A stretch of DNA of 64,000 nt from Utricularia gibba (taxonomy: Eukaryota > Plantae > Magnoliophyta). Both the position numbers and the translations under genes were made by a program. The stretch covers positions 5,518,001 through 5,582,000 of the forward strand of contig CM007990.1 of NCBI GenBank assembly GCA_002189035.1, read 5' to 3'. Positions 39,382-53,600 of this stretch are shown piece by piece (the first letter of the stretch is position 1; each line of letters begins with the position of its first letter). The notes beneath the pieces are model-generated. The model did no database searches and had not been told where the DNA came from. It worked only from the letters and a program-made list of their open reading frames with translations.

Positions 39382-42300
39382 ATGTCACAGAATCAGCCGC
39401 AGACCGGCACTGCTGCTACTATTCCGGTGAACGAGGTGTACTGGTCTTTGGTGGCGAAGGCCGACAAGAAATTCTCCAAGATCCGAAATTTGCCGTACTA
39501 TCAACGAACCCGGTAACTTTCGGATGAATTCAACCATATGGTTCGTTTCGTGAAAATTGAGAATTTCGATTTCTGTAATCCGAGCGAAGGTGCTAGCGTT
39601 TCTTGATCTCACCGTTGCTCCCGCTGTGCCTTTAAAGTTGCGTTAATCTTCAATTGTTATTCGATTTGCTCGGTGGATCCTTTTTGCTCCCTTTGCATGT
39701 ATTGAAAAAGAGGAAGATTGAGATGACATATATATTTCCTTTTTTGATGTTCAGATACGATACACACTTCTATAAAGTTTTTAAAGTGTACACTGAGCTT
39801 TGGAAGTTTCAACAAGAAAATAGGCAGAAGCTCGTAGAAGCTGGATTGAAAAGATGGGAGATTGGGGAGATTGCATCCCGGATCGGACATCTGTACTTTG
39901 GCCAATACATGAGGACTAGTGAAGCCAGTTATTTGTCTGAATGCTACATATTTTATGAGGCAATCTTGACTAGAGAGTATTTCAAGGATGGCATGCACCA
40001 GGATGTCAATCTTGCAAGCAAGCAGTTGAGATTTCTTGCTCGGTTTTTGACTGTCTGTTTGGTTCTGAACCGACGAGAAATGGTTTATCAGCTGCAAAAT
40101 CAGCTTAAATTTTTTCTGGATGAGTGCAGAAGAACTTTCCAGGTCTTTTCTTGATCAACTGTGCATACTTGGATGATCATATAGCTGAAATTCTCCAATG
40201 TACAACTTATTTAATTGGCATCTGACCCATAAATATTAGTGCAGAAACACTTCTTTTTCATTTTCCATATAGCATAAAGAATATGGTGGATTTCCCATGT
40301 GATTTTTTTAATGTTGTGAAGGCATGCTGTAATGGTATCTGCCTATTACCATCAGCATAAAATGAAAAATGCTGGTTTATATGTGTATTATACTGTTTCA
40401 GGAAACTGATTATAAAGAATGGAAGCTTGTCCTTCAGGACATTGTTAAATTCCTCAAAGAAGATACAGCTTTTATGAATATCAGGCCTCTGAGGTATAGT
40501 GTCATTCTGGATCTTCACCCAGATCACATACCACAAATCGCCACTGCAAAGAAGAAGCTAAGATTAAGAGATGCTTTGCTATGCAGTTATCATTTAAATG
40601 AGGTGCTTTGAATTTTTGTGTGACTATTCCATGAATAGTAAACTTTGGTTTTAAGTTTATATCATCCTGCAGAAAATAGTGTTCTCTTGCAAACTGGAAG
40701 CTAATGATTTTAATCAACTTTTTTGCGTTCCAGGTCAAGTTTTCGGAACTTAATCTTGATACACTGAGGATGCTACAATGTTTAGAGTGGGAACCCAGTG
40801 GTTCCTTCTACCAGGCAAACAGTCCTCCCTCAAGTGGAACAGGACCTTCTGCCAGTCAGAATGGGACTTCAGGGCCTAGTCGTGTAAACCGTGATATAAA
40901 TGACCCTACTTTGCCACCAAATCCAAGGAAAGCTATCTTATTCCGGCCATCTGATACCCACTTTTTGGCTGTGAGTAATCGTTGTTGTGGTATGCTTGGG
41001 TTTTTTTTTCTTATACTGCAGATAATGTAGCATCCTAAATCAAATATTAGGTCTTAGGGTCAATGTGTGAGGAGCTTCCATCCGATGGAGTTCTCTTGAT
41101 TTACATATCAGCTTCAGGTAGACAGAATAGATTATCTTATTATTCACACTTCTTGATATTTTATAGCGTCAGTCATTAACTTAAAATCACAAAATGTGCT
41201 TCAGGATATGATGCGCATGCTACATCTTCACCATTCCAAAATGAGAGTTCTATCAATCCCATTGATAGTGTGAGCCAGGACTTCGAGTTTCGTCTTACCA
41301 GCATTGACTCAAGCCCTACTTCTGTTGCTGTCAATGAATACAATACTACCTCTAATCCCGGAGCTACTTCTAACTGCTTGGTGATTGGACCGCATGGACG
41401 ACCAGGTTCTACTAATATTCTCAGATCTGTATGATGGGCCATTCTCAATTTCGTTTTCCCTTGAATAAACTTTTGATGAGATCCTTATTCATATATTTCA
41501 GGCACAAACTGCATATATCCTTCAGATTTCTTACCCTTCACGAGAAGACCCCTTTTTCTCATCATTGATAGTGAAAACAGCAAAGCTTTCTCGGTAACCT
41601 TTTCCAGCTTTTAATTTTCGTAGTTGGCTTTCCTAAGACATTAGCTCAGTTTGATGGATGGAGGAAAGGGTTTCATGCCTCCTTTTCTTCCCATCTGATC
41701 AAGTTCTTCAAACAAACAGACGATAAGTGGATCGGAGAAAAGGGAACGTGCTGCCATTCTTCTTTCTCCTACAAAATCATTGCCGTTCCTTAATATTGGA
41801 AGCTCGAGGCAACTGAGTGGAAGCTTGTTTACATCTTTTCTCACGGCTCCTTTGCAGTCATTTATTCTCTTGCTTGGATTCAGTGGACCTGACGTTGAAG
41901 TATGCAACTTTTGCCACTTCTGAGCTGCTTTCTATTCTACTATCTTAATATGAGAAATCTCGTTTCAGGACCTCTACAGGAAAACTGAGAGTCTGTTCCA
42001 GTCATTCCTGGTTAAAAGTGGTACATCTTTGGCTTCGAGCAATGACTTGGATCCCGTGTGGTCTCAAGTTTTGACTGATCCATTCTTGAGGAGACTTCTT
42101 CTCAGGTAATTTACCTATTTATCGAGTTAGGCCCTGTGTGATCTTCAATAGCATCATCTTTGTTGATTCAACTCATGTGATGATGCAGATTCATATTCTG
42201 CCGGAGCATAATTTCCCTGTATCATCCCTCTTCTGGAAAGGCGGAATATCTACCAGAATGCTTACCAGCACTTCCAGAAGTAGCTTCACCAACGAGCATC

Positions 42301-42393
42301 TCATGCCAAAGGATGGTATTTCAGCTAGCCAACGTGCTTGGAGTGACAGAGAGATTCACATTCTCAGAGGCAGCGATGCTCCCTGATGACTGA
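39382..42393 (+). CDS. SCAI: SCAI-like (DUF3550) protein, about 11 exons
   Basis: KADKKFSKIRNLPYY, FKVYTELWKFQQENRQKLVEAGLKRWEIGEIASRIGHLYFGQYMRTSE, VKFSELNLDTLRMLQCLEWEP, LPPNPRKAILFRPS, TRRPLFLIIDSENSKAF; stop at 42391-42393. Confidence 0.88.
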
Positions 42394-42708
42394 GGCACCA
42401 TTTTCATCAACCCCTGTAACTTGCTTCTTGGTGAGCTTTTTCGAACATACGCAATCAAATATCTCACACATGCTTCTCTATCTCTGATTCTGGCTTGAAT
42501 CATAAGCCTTATATGATCGTCATGGAATACTACTCATAGGGCGGTTTATTTGCTTCTCGTTCAGGCGTGCTTTGAGTTGTCTGTTTTCGTAGGTCAATGA
42601 TTTTGGTAACTGTTTCTAACAATAAGCAGAATTGCCTCAAAATCCTGTTCACATGTTCACTGAATCACTTCACAGAAATAAACATGCATCCTGAAGCTAA
42701 TAAGTGTA

Positions 42709-44655
42709 TCATGCTCGTGAACTACCAGTAGAAATCAATTGTTGCTGTTCTATGGAGGGGGTTTCTAAGGTGTACCTACCGAGCCTTCCTGTGCGATAAA
42801 GATTTAGAAGCTTTGTTGCCAGGATATTGTAGTTAGATGCTTGATGTTCGGAAGGCAGGTTGAAAGCCTTGAGGAGAAGCTTGAACTCTTCTTCAACCAG
42901 CCCAGCTGAATCTTTATTTCCTCTTGATCCAGTAAAAGATGAAATGGCATGATAAAGTGCGAGGCGCACATTATTGACGACAAGGTCCTGCACTTAAAAT
43001 CTAGCTTTATACAAAGGAGCAGGCACAGATGTTGGAATGCTTGACATTTTGCTACCTGCGTGTGATCGGTCTTGAGCTGCTTTGATCGGATATTTTGGGT
43101 ATGGGTGTTACCTTCCAGTGCGCCTGAAACATCACATAACTTGCCCCATTTTTTATATTCGTCGCTCATGTTCATGATGGAAAGAACATATTGTGCAAGT
43201 GGTATCTCGCCAACAACTGCGTCCTTGAGTGCTCCTGTATTTAGGATCAGCGGGGAAGCTAATAGCCAAGGCTATAACCATTCAACTTTACAGGAATCCA
43301 GTTTCAGAAAATTTGTACCTGATAAAGCAAGGTTGCAGCACATCTCGTTATCACTCAGGTAAGGAGGCAAAATACCTGGTGTATCTAAAATGTAGATATT
43401 AGGATGGCTGGCAATCTGCAGTTCATATGAAATTGAGGTTTGTTAAGATGTACGCTCACTGCCCAACACAAGGACGAGAACTTTATTAAATTTAAATTCA
43501 ACGTTTCTTGCTGATAAAAAAAAAAAAAATGAATTTGAGGTTTGTCAAGATTGATGACCTCCATATAAGTAGGTAAAGGTGAATAACCTAGTGGCAACTG
43601 GCAAGGGTAAAAGTGCAGGGTTCAAGTCCCACATGTAATGCCAGGCATAGAGAGGCATTGTGAATTGAGAGAATCAACTACCTTGAAGCTGTTTATCCCT
43701 CGTGTCTCCCCTGGTTGTGTGCTCACAACAGAATGTCTGAATTTTCCTTTCTCTAATCATTTGTATAGAGACAAGAAACATATAATAAACAATAGAAGAA
43801 CTAAATATTGCACAATCAAAATAGTCACCTGTTGCAGATATCCTTCCAACTTGATGCAAAGAGTTGGCTACGGCTGACTTCCCTGTGTTAGTAATCCCTA
43901 CTAGCATCATTGTAATGGTGTTTGAAGGATTATCTTTTTTCCTCAATTCTCTAACTCTAGCTTGCAGAAAGGTCAGGAGCTGCAGACATTCAATTGGAGA
44001 CACACAAATATTACATGACATGGATTACGAATTTTTAGAGAATGCAAGTCACCGGAAACAGTGGCGACTTGCCTCCTTGATGTTATCGCGATTATGTGAA
44101 TTTACGGCAAAAGCTACAAGTTTCTGCTCATCAAAAAACCTCATCCATTCCTGCAAAACGGAAATTGTAATTGCGCTCAAACTTCATGGAAATATCACCT
44201 TAGCAGATGATAAGAGATACCTTGGTACGGGTATGGTTAGCAAGGTCCTTCTTATTGAGCAGAATAATGCGTCTCAGCGAAGACTGGAACTCTCTCAACA
44301 GCGAAAATTCTGATGACAGCGGAATCTGTAACGGATTTCAGCAATGAGTAAACTAAACAATATCATGCATGTCCATACATGAAACCGTGTAGAAACACCA
44401 AGGACATGAAGAACGTCCCTGCAATCAGTAACAAATGGCTCTGCTAGAAGTTTCGTCGAACACGTTGCACGCACTAAACGAGTAAGATGCTTGTACCCTA
44501 GCATCTCTGACTTCAAGAACAATATCGACCAGCGGGAGACGTTCGGCGATGGCGCGAGAAGCGGCGGCCATATGAGGAGTGTACCACCATTCAGACCCTC
44601 TGCATTTAGCCACTTTCTTCACCGCGTCTCCTATGTTACGAACCAAACCATCCAT
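42709..44655 (-). CDS. DGP2: Circularly permuted GTPase of the RbgA/MTG1 family, DAR GTPase 2-like (mitochondrial), about 8 exons
   Basis: [35 protein letters not shown], G4 NKKD, G1 GITNTGKS, G2 PGETR, G3 LDTPG, YRTGRLGRYTL. One GC-AG intron at 43980-44072. Confidence 0.88.
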
Positions 44656-45089
44656 CACCAGTTAACAGCATCAGGTGAAGAAGGTTTCTTCGCGGCAGAG
44701 AAACAGCCGCCGTCCTCCCACGAACAAGGAGCAGCAGTAAATTTTGAAACGTGACACGGCTTTTTTATCCGGTTTTGGAACGGTCAGACCGGCTAGTTAG
44801 ATGAGCGGCTGAGCCGAACAAAGAAATGCACCAGTAATCTTGAAAGAAGACTATCACAAGCTACTACATTTCCAAATGAACTCTCAAACCAAGTCTCATG
44901 AGCATCAAAGATAACGCAACACAAACACACCCCATTTTATTCTGCAAATCTCAGGATAAATGCATATTGAAGTTCATTACAGGATGAATACTGAAGATCT
45001 TTATCATCTAACAGTCCCTATCTTCTTCAATAAAGAAGGTATGAGTTTCATCCCTTTGTATTAATCCAGAAATGCATGAGATTGTTATG

Positions 45090-46857
<1,768 letters not shown>

Positions 46858-49425
46858 TGTCACCTCGTGAAGCACTGACTTGAATACGATATCTGCGTGG
46901 CAATAAAGCAAATCATTCAGATACAGCCACAAAAAACTCCACCCACATATGATCAACACGCACACACAACAGGTAGGAAAAGATGAATGCTGTTGGAAGC
47001 GGATACGACGATCAAATTCCCCAACATATCAGATCTCCACACATCTCAAGTCCCTTCCTTAACAACCACCAAAGCAACAGAAGCACATGGGCATCAACCG
47101 AACATGCAAAAGCCACCTTTTTTTCTGGTAGCCAATCAATCAACTCATTCCAGAAGAACCCTACCCGACACCTTGCTTCATCACCCATTCCAGAACCACA
47201 TAATAATTCATCCAAAACCAAGAAAGTAACTGTCAAGATCTGGGTCTCACCCACCTTTCGTAGGAAATGGAGGAACCAATGGCGATCTGCTTTCACAGTG
47301 AACAACAGTGACTGCTTATTTATAGAGAGCTCCCCGTTACACACAAACCGACACAGTGGATTGGGCTTTTCCCCATTCGTCTCTACCCTCCCTTTCTTCC
47401 CCCTCCAAATTGCATCAGGTTCTCGCCGCATTTACTCCATCCCCCTTTTTTTTTCTTTTTTCGTTTCAAGAAAAAAAAACCTAAATTGTGGGATTTGGGG
47501 AATATTACTTGTATTTATTCAAATATAAATACAATAAATCAAGATATTTAATAATACAAATTATACGAATAACTAATTAATTTATTAAATATATTTAAAA
47601 ATTATACTTAAAAATAAATAAATAAAATTTTTAATGATTAAAAAATTAATTATATTTTTTAAAATAAAAAGTCGATGGAAAAGGCTTTTTTATTTAATTG
47701 GCAGGTGTAGGGAGTGAATTAGGGCTTGTCGCGAATAATCGAATATTCCCATCCTATTTGAGGGTATCATTAATTTGTGTTCGGGCCCCGGCCCCCGGGA
47801 GATACCATTTGATGGTATTTTCGAAATTTCACAGAATCAACTTGCGTGTGGGCTTAGAACCTGAAAGTCTGGCCCAACCATAACCAACTGAACTTGGGCC
47901 CAAGTCATTGAAGTTCCTCCTAAAGTGGCATTTTATTTTATTTTTTTAAAAAAAAGGAGGAGAGGCCATAGTAGAAATGCGACTGGTTTCGAATCAACTG
48001 GTTTCATTTCGGAATCAAACGATTTTTTTGAACTTTCAGTTCATAAATCGTGGTTTATTGTTAATTTCAGTTCCCATTTTAATTTAAAATTGGATTTTTA
48101 AACCTTAAATCGAATTAAATTCAAAATCGAATGATTTATTTTATAGATTAATTTCTTGACATCCAAATGAGCCTTGTATCCGTTTGCAAAACACATTGTT
48201 TTTTAAAGGATTTTTCAAACTTTCATAACGATTATTAAAAGTATCTTAAAACGATTCTAAAAATAAAAAATATTTTTTTAAGTACTCACATAAATTGTTA
48301 GAAATGTTTAGAAAACATATCGTTATTTTAAATATTTTTTCAAGGTTCCTATAACATCTATTAAGAATGTTTGGACGATTCATCTATTTTTAACTATCGA
48401 CTCTATCAATGTCACATGAACAAGAATCATGGTTTTACAGTTCCAAATAACTAGAACCATCTCAAAATAATATAGTTTTATCTTTGGAAATGAAACGGTA
48501 TGGACACTCACATTCTTGAACCGAACCAAAACCAGAACCGAGATTTAAGTTTAATCCGTGATTTCTATTTTTAATTGATTACAACTCTAGGTCATGACTT
48601 GACTTGGTGACTCGTGTGGATGCCCTACGGGGACAACTCACGTCACAACACACACAAAACCCGCACAAAATGCTACACACAGATTCATCGTATTTGTGGT
48701 GCTTGATTCAACGACAACAACAACAAAAAAATCGAAATCCAATAATTGGTTGTTTCGTTTTCTGCTTTCCACACATACAACTGTCACTACATGTCCACGT
48801 ATTTTAGTGTGGTAGCAATGATATAAGACAAAGAATATCAAATGGTAATGTGGTACCCCAACTCCCTTATATGATAGTGTCTATTTAATTTTAAATATAT
48901 TAAACACACACACGTATTAAGTATATTTTTAAGATTTTATGTTTTTTTAGAAAAAAAACAATTCGTACAAGATTTGTATAGATATTTTACTTATTTATTC
49001 ATCCTACTTCATAACTTTCCGAATTTCTAAATGTGTTATTCTGTATTATAATTATTCGTTCAATTTAATTTCGTAAATCATATATAAAAGTAAGTTAGCA
49101 TCTGCAGTTTGCAAGTGAGGCCCTCGATAAGTTGGTAATTTAGAGTTTGATACCCAACATGAGAATCTAGAGGCATCTGAATCTATTAAATATGTCATAA
49201 ATACCCTATTTAAAAATAACTAATAATTGAAGCATCGTCAATCATGTAAACTTGCACAAGTTTCCATTATTACACTGCGATCCCCGCACTTGCTGTCTCC
49301 TACTCACCGACCCCTGAACCTCAAAACTTTAACTTTCCACTGAAATATTATAGCACGAGAAGAAGAAAGACAGCATCTTTTCCCCCCAGGCTGCTACTAC
49401 CGCTTCTCCGATCTGGGGCGCCGCC

Positions 49426-49825
49426 ATGAATCCGCCGACCGTAGGGGGCCGGAGCTGCTTCCAGGATCACCCACGAGACTATTTTCTGAACTCATGCTTC
49501 CGATGCCGCAGAAAGCTCAGCCCACAGAGCGATATCTACATGTACAAGTGAGTTCTCCCTCCCCACACCGGTCATCAAAGCTGGTTTTGATTTCTGAGAA
49601 GGAAATCACGAGTGCTGATCTGAGATGGGTCTGGTTTCCCTCAGGGGGGACACCCCGTTTTGCAGCGAAGAGTGCAGGCAGGAACAGATTGAAACGGATG
49701 AACAAGTTGCGAGTAGAAAACAGAAGCTTCCCTCGTCGTCGTCGTCGTCGTCGTCCCCAAGCAGAGCTGCGTCAGCTATGGAGACTAAAGATACTGATCC
49801 CAAGAAGTCAGTGGCTGTAGCCTGA
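49426..49825 (+). CDS. FLZ: FCS-like zinc finger (FLZ/DUF581) protein, 100 aa, 2 exons
   Basis: Exons 49426-49547 and 49645-49825: [41 protein letters not shown] (CX2C...FCSX2C). Kozak context GCCGCCATG; (TCG)7 at 49733-49753 encodes poly-Ser. Confidence 0.93.
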
Positions 49826-50670
49826 TACTCAGATCTGGGAGCAAGTATTATCGTATTAAAAATATATGGATGTAGAAATGAAATACAGAGTATGTATATT
49901 CTAATCCACTCGAAAAAGCTACTGTTAGAAGGTTTTTTTTTTCTGTTGCCAAATTGATATATTTTTTTAAAAAAAATAAGTAAAACGTAATCTGGGTGTT
50001 TGATTTACGACGAAAATATGACGAAGATGGTAACCTAGAAAACGAGAAAATCTTAAGTAAATAAATAAATTTAATTGAGAATATTCATTTGAATTCGGAA
50101 AGATATTATTTTTGAAATTGGGTTGTATGGTGATTGTGGTTTCACATAGTCAGTCTACTTGGCAATATTTTTCCCCAGAAGCTACCAATATAATAATAAT
50201 AATAATCTAAATATTATAATAATATTATTATCATAAATCTCAGTGGTTTACACGTGGCTAGTGGTGGTTAGGGCGACCTCACGTCGTCTTTTACTCCGGT
50301 GGAAACATCGACAAGAGGTAATAAATGAGGCGAAAATGAAATGAAATTTACATGGACACCCTTTTTTATTTTTAAAAAAGCCCCCAAAGTATGATCCATT
50401 TCCGGTACCACCCCCGAAGAAATCAGAATCTCAAAAACGCCCCGAGAATTAGTACCGTTATGGGCAACCATTCAAATTAATATCCTGTTATTTTTAAAAT
50501 GAAAAATATGACATGAAATAATTTTCAATCATAAAAAAATGTAAGTGATTTGCAGTGGAAGGAATGAATGGGCGGGCATTGCGCTCTATGTGACTTGATT
50601 TGAGTCCATCTTTGCCAGAAGGGAAAAAGGGGAACTTCTCTAGAAGATAAGAAGAGCAAACTAAGAGTGT

Positions 50671-53600
50671 CTAGATAAACTTATCAATCCCAGTTCGTCG
50701 GTTAGATCCGGGGGGCCTGAAGGCTTCCAGCCGGATACTGGAACTCGACCGGATCTCTTTCAAAAATGCGTCGCCTTTCTCGGATTGGATCACGTCCAGG
50801 ATGCTGCCCATCACTTCTGCAGCGAGCCCAATCTCTGTGAGGCGCCCGGGCTCCTCTCCGCCTTCGTGTACTAGTCTTGCGACCTCGGGGAACGGGAGGA
50901 CGTCGTTTATGATCAGCCTGGCGAGGATGCGGCCGAGGAAGATGGTGGCTCTCGGGGCATCGTTCACGGCGTCTTCCAGCAAGGTGAGGACTGAGTCGAA
51001 CCTGCCAACAACGCTAAAAGGTGAGTTTTTCTGAGGGAATATAGAGCGCTGACCCCGGTATGGGTATGCATTCATTACCCCTTGATGAGTTGATCTGCAC
51101 TTAGGATGCCAACTTGGGGCTTTGTGAGGTTGGTGAGAAGATCAGAGAGCAGATCTCTCTGCAAGTCTTTCTGCTCGAAGGAATCCGAAACCCAGAGGCA
51201 TATCATGGATGGGTAGAAACTGGGAGCATTCAGTTCCTTGATGCATAGTGCAACTTCATTCTTGTCTTTGGCGCTGAAAAGGGATGCGGAAAGTTGAATG
51301 GTCAGATGGTACAGAAAATAAAGAGGCACATACAAATTACCAAAAAACATATCGACAACACCACACGTTTATCTCATTCAGTAACCAATTCTCTGCAACA
51401 GTGGAACACCAAAATAGTCCAAATTGGCTCAATAATAAAAAAGTAGATACTAGGGAATGCACCGCACAATTAGCACAAATATCTTCATCCAAGTGGTTCC
51501 ACATGATGAAAAGATTATTTATTGTCACGTGGGTGGAAAATACCTGTAAAATTCTTTGATTGCAGCTGCGGATTTGTCTTTCAGGTACTCTTCCGATGAG
51601 CAAGATTCAGGTTCACCTTGTGGAAGAGGAGAAACTTGCATAGACCTATCTAAGACGTGATCCACAACCCTGGACTCTCTATTCCCATTAGGAGATGGAA
51701 TTTCTCGAGCATGTAGCTGATCATTATTGGCTGGAGCAACATGCCCTTCGGGAGCATGTTTTGGGATGGGATCAGCTCTCTGGCCAAAACTCGTCCGTTC
51801 GGGACCATATCCATTTACACTAGGACCTGTCCTTCGCGTCTCTCCAGAAATTGACATGTCAGCCAAACCAACAAGGGGTGCAGATTGCTGCACTCTGGAA
51901 GACATTCCCCTTGGACCACCTTGTGGCCCAAGAGTAATTGAATCATCACTGGGAGCTCTTTGAGACAGAAGAACCCTGCTCTCATATGAATGCTTTTCAT
52001 CCATCCGCACATCTTGAGAACTTCCAGCACGCAACTGAGGTAGCACATGATGGGCACTGCTCAAGTGGGAGCCCGGAGAAGATAACATCACGCTAGGAGC
52101 TCTAGGAGCGAACTCCATATGGGAGCCCCTTCTTGTAGACGTACCCATGCTGGAAGATCTACCCAACCAGGTAGATTGTGTATGTCGCTCTTGTGCAGCA
52201 TCTCTGTGTACCTCCTCGATCTTTTTTGGACCCTCAACTTTCCTCCTCTGCTGCCACTTATTCTTTCTCAAGTCAATTATATCCTTCAGCATGAATCTCA
52301 CCCTGGACGACAATTTTGGATTGCTTGAAAGCTGCCCCATGTTTTGGAAATATGCATCCATGTGGACCTTTGCCTTTTGACGATCTATTATCTCACCAAT
52401 GGTGCTCATCAACTTGCACAAGGCTTCAATATTTTCCTCATCAGGATTTTGATGCTGACCCAACAACTTGTTTATGCACCCATGCATGATTCTTTCAGTC
52501 AGCATTGTTTTCTTGTATAGCTCTCCAATTAGTCTAATATTACCCAACATTCTCCTTCTCACTCGGACCCTCTTCTCCTCCCTCTCTTCTGGTGTATCTT
52601 TGCATTCACCTTCCTCCTCCGCTTTAATGGCCTCTTGTTCCTCTCTTTCCCTCTTCTCGAACTCTTCTTGGCATTTGTTCAAGAGCAACCTCTTGAAAGT
52701 AATTTTTTCATTGTCTACAGTCAAGTCAGGCAAACCTGAAGACAGGTGATAGCAGAAATTTGCATACATCTCGCAGAAGGTAGGTTCCATCAAGGCCTTG
52801 TCAAATATTTGGGAAATCACTCCAGACAAGGTAACAACATTATCAATGTTCACTTCTTTGACTTTTTGAAACAACTTCTCAAAATTTTGGGGGGTGAGCT
52901 TGTTCAATACGGCCTTCAACTGTCTCTGCTTTGCTTCTTCCTCATCAGTAATCTTACCTACTTCATATTTCTTTTCAGCCTTGTGCATCATCAGTTGAGG
53001 TGTCTGCGGTGAAGGCATCAGACCCCGTTGATAACCACCCCGATGCCATCTTTCAGAATCAGAGTAATTTCTTTGCAGACCTCCATGTGCACCTATGTTT
53101 TGCATTGGAGCAGAAAAAATGCCGCCAACATATGGTAAATGCATTTGCGGCCGCTGATTCCTTGTAGCCCCTGAGCTACCCGGTCTTCCAGATCGCATAC
53201 CAACAACATTGGTGCCGTAGGCAATTTCTCCCAACAAATCCCCTTTCCCAGGTGTATGCGGGCCAGGAAACTTGATCCATTTCTCTTCATCTTCCAGCCC
53301 ACTTGCACGATAATCTAGTCTAGAAACACCATGAGGTCTATCAATATTCCTTCCAGGACTAGGATACATATCTCGTGAACTCTTGAAACTTGAAACCATT
53401 AGCATATCTGCTACATCAGATGTAAGTTCAAAACCTTCTGGCAGGTTAGTCCATTCCCCCTCGAATTTCAGGAGGAAATCACGAGAATACCTCTTGGTCT
53501 GCGAAAGAGTTTCAGCTCCTCCACTGCAATTTTTACTCTCTGGACTTCTTAACTGAGGAGAGATCTCAGCGGCATCCTCCCAATCCTCTGGCTCCACTTT

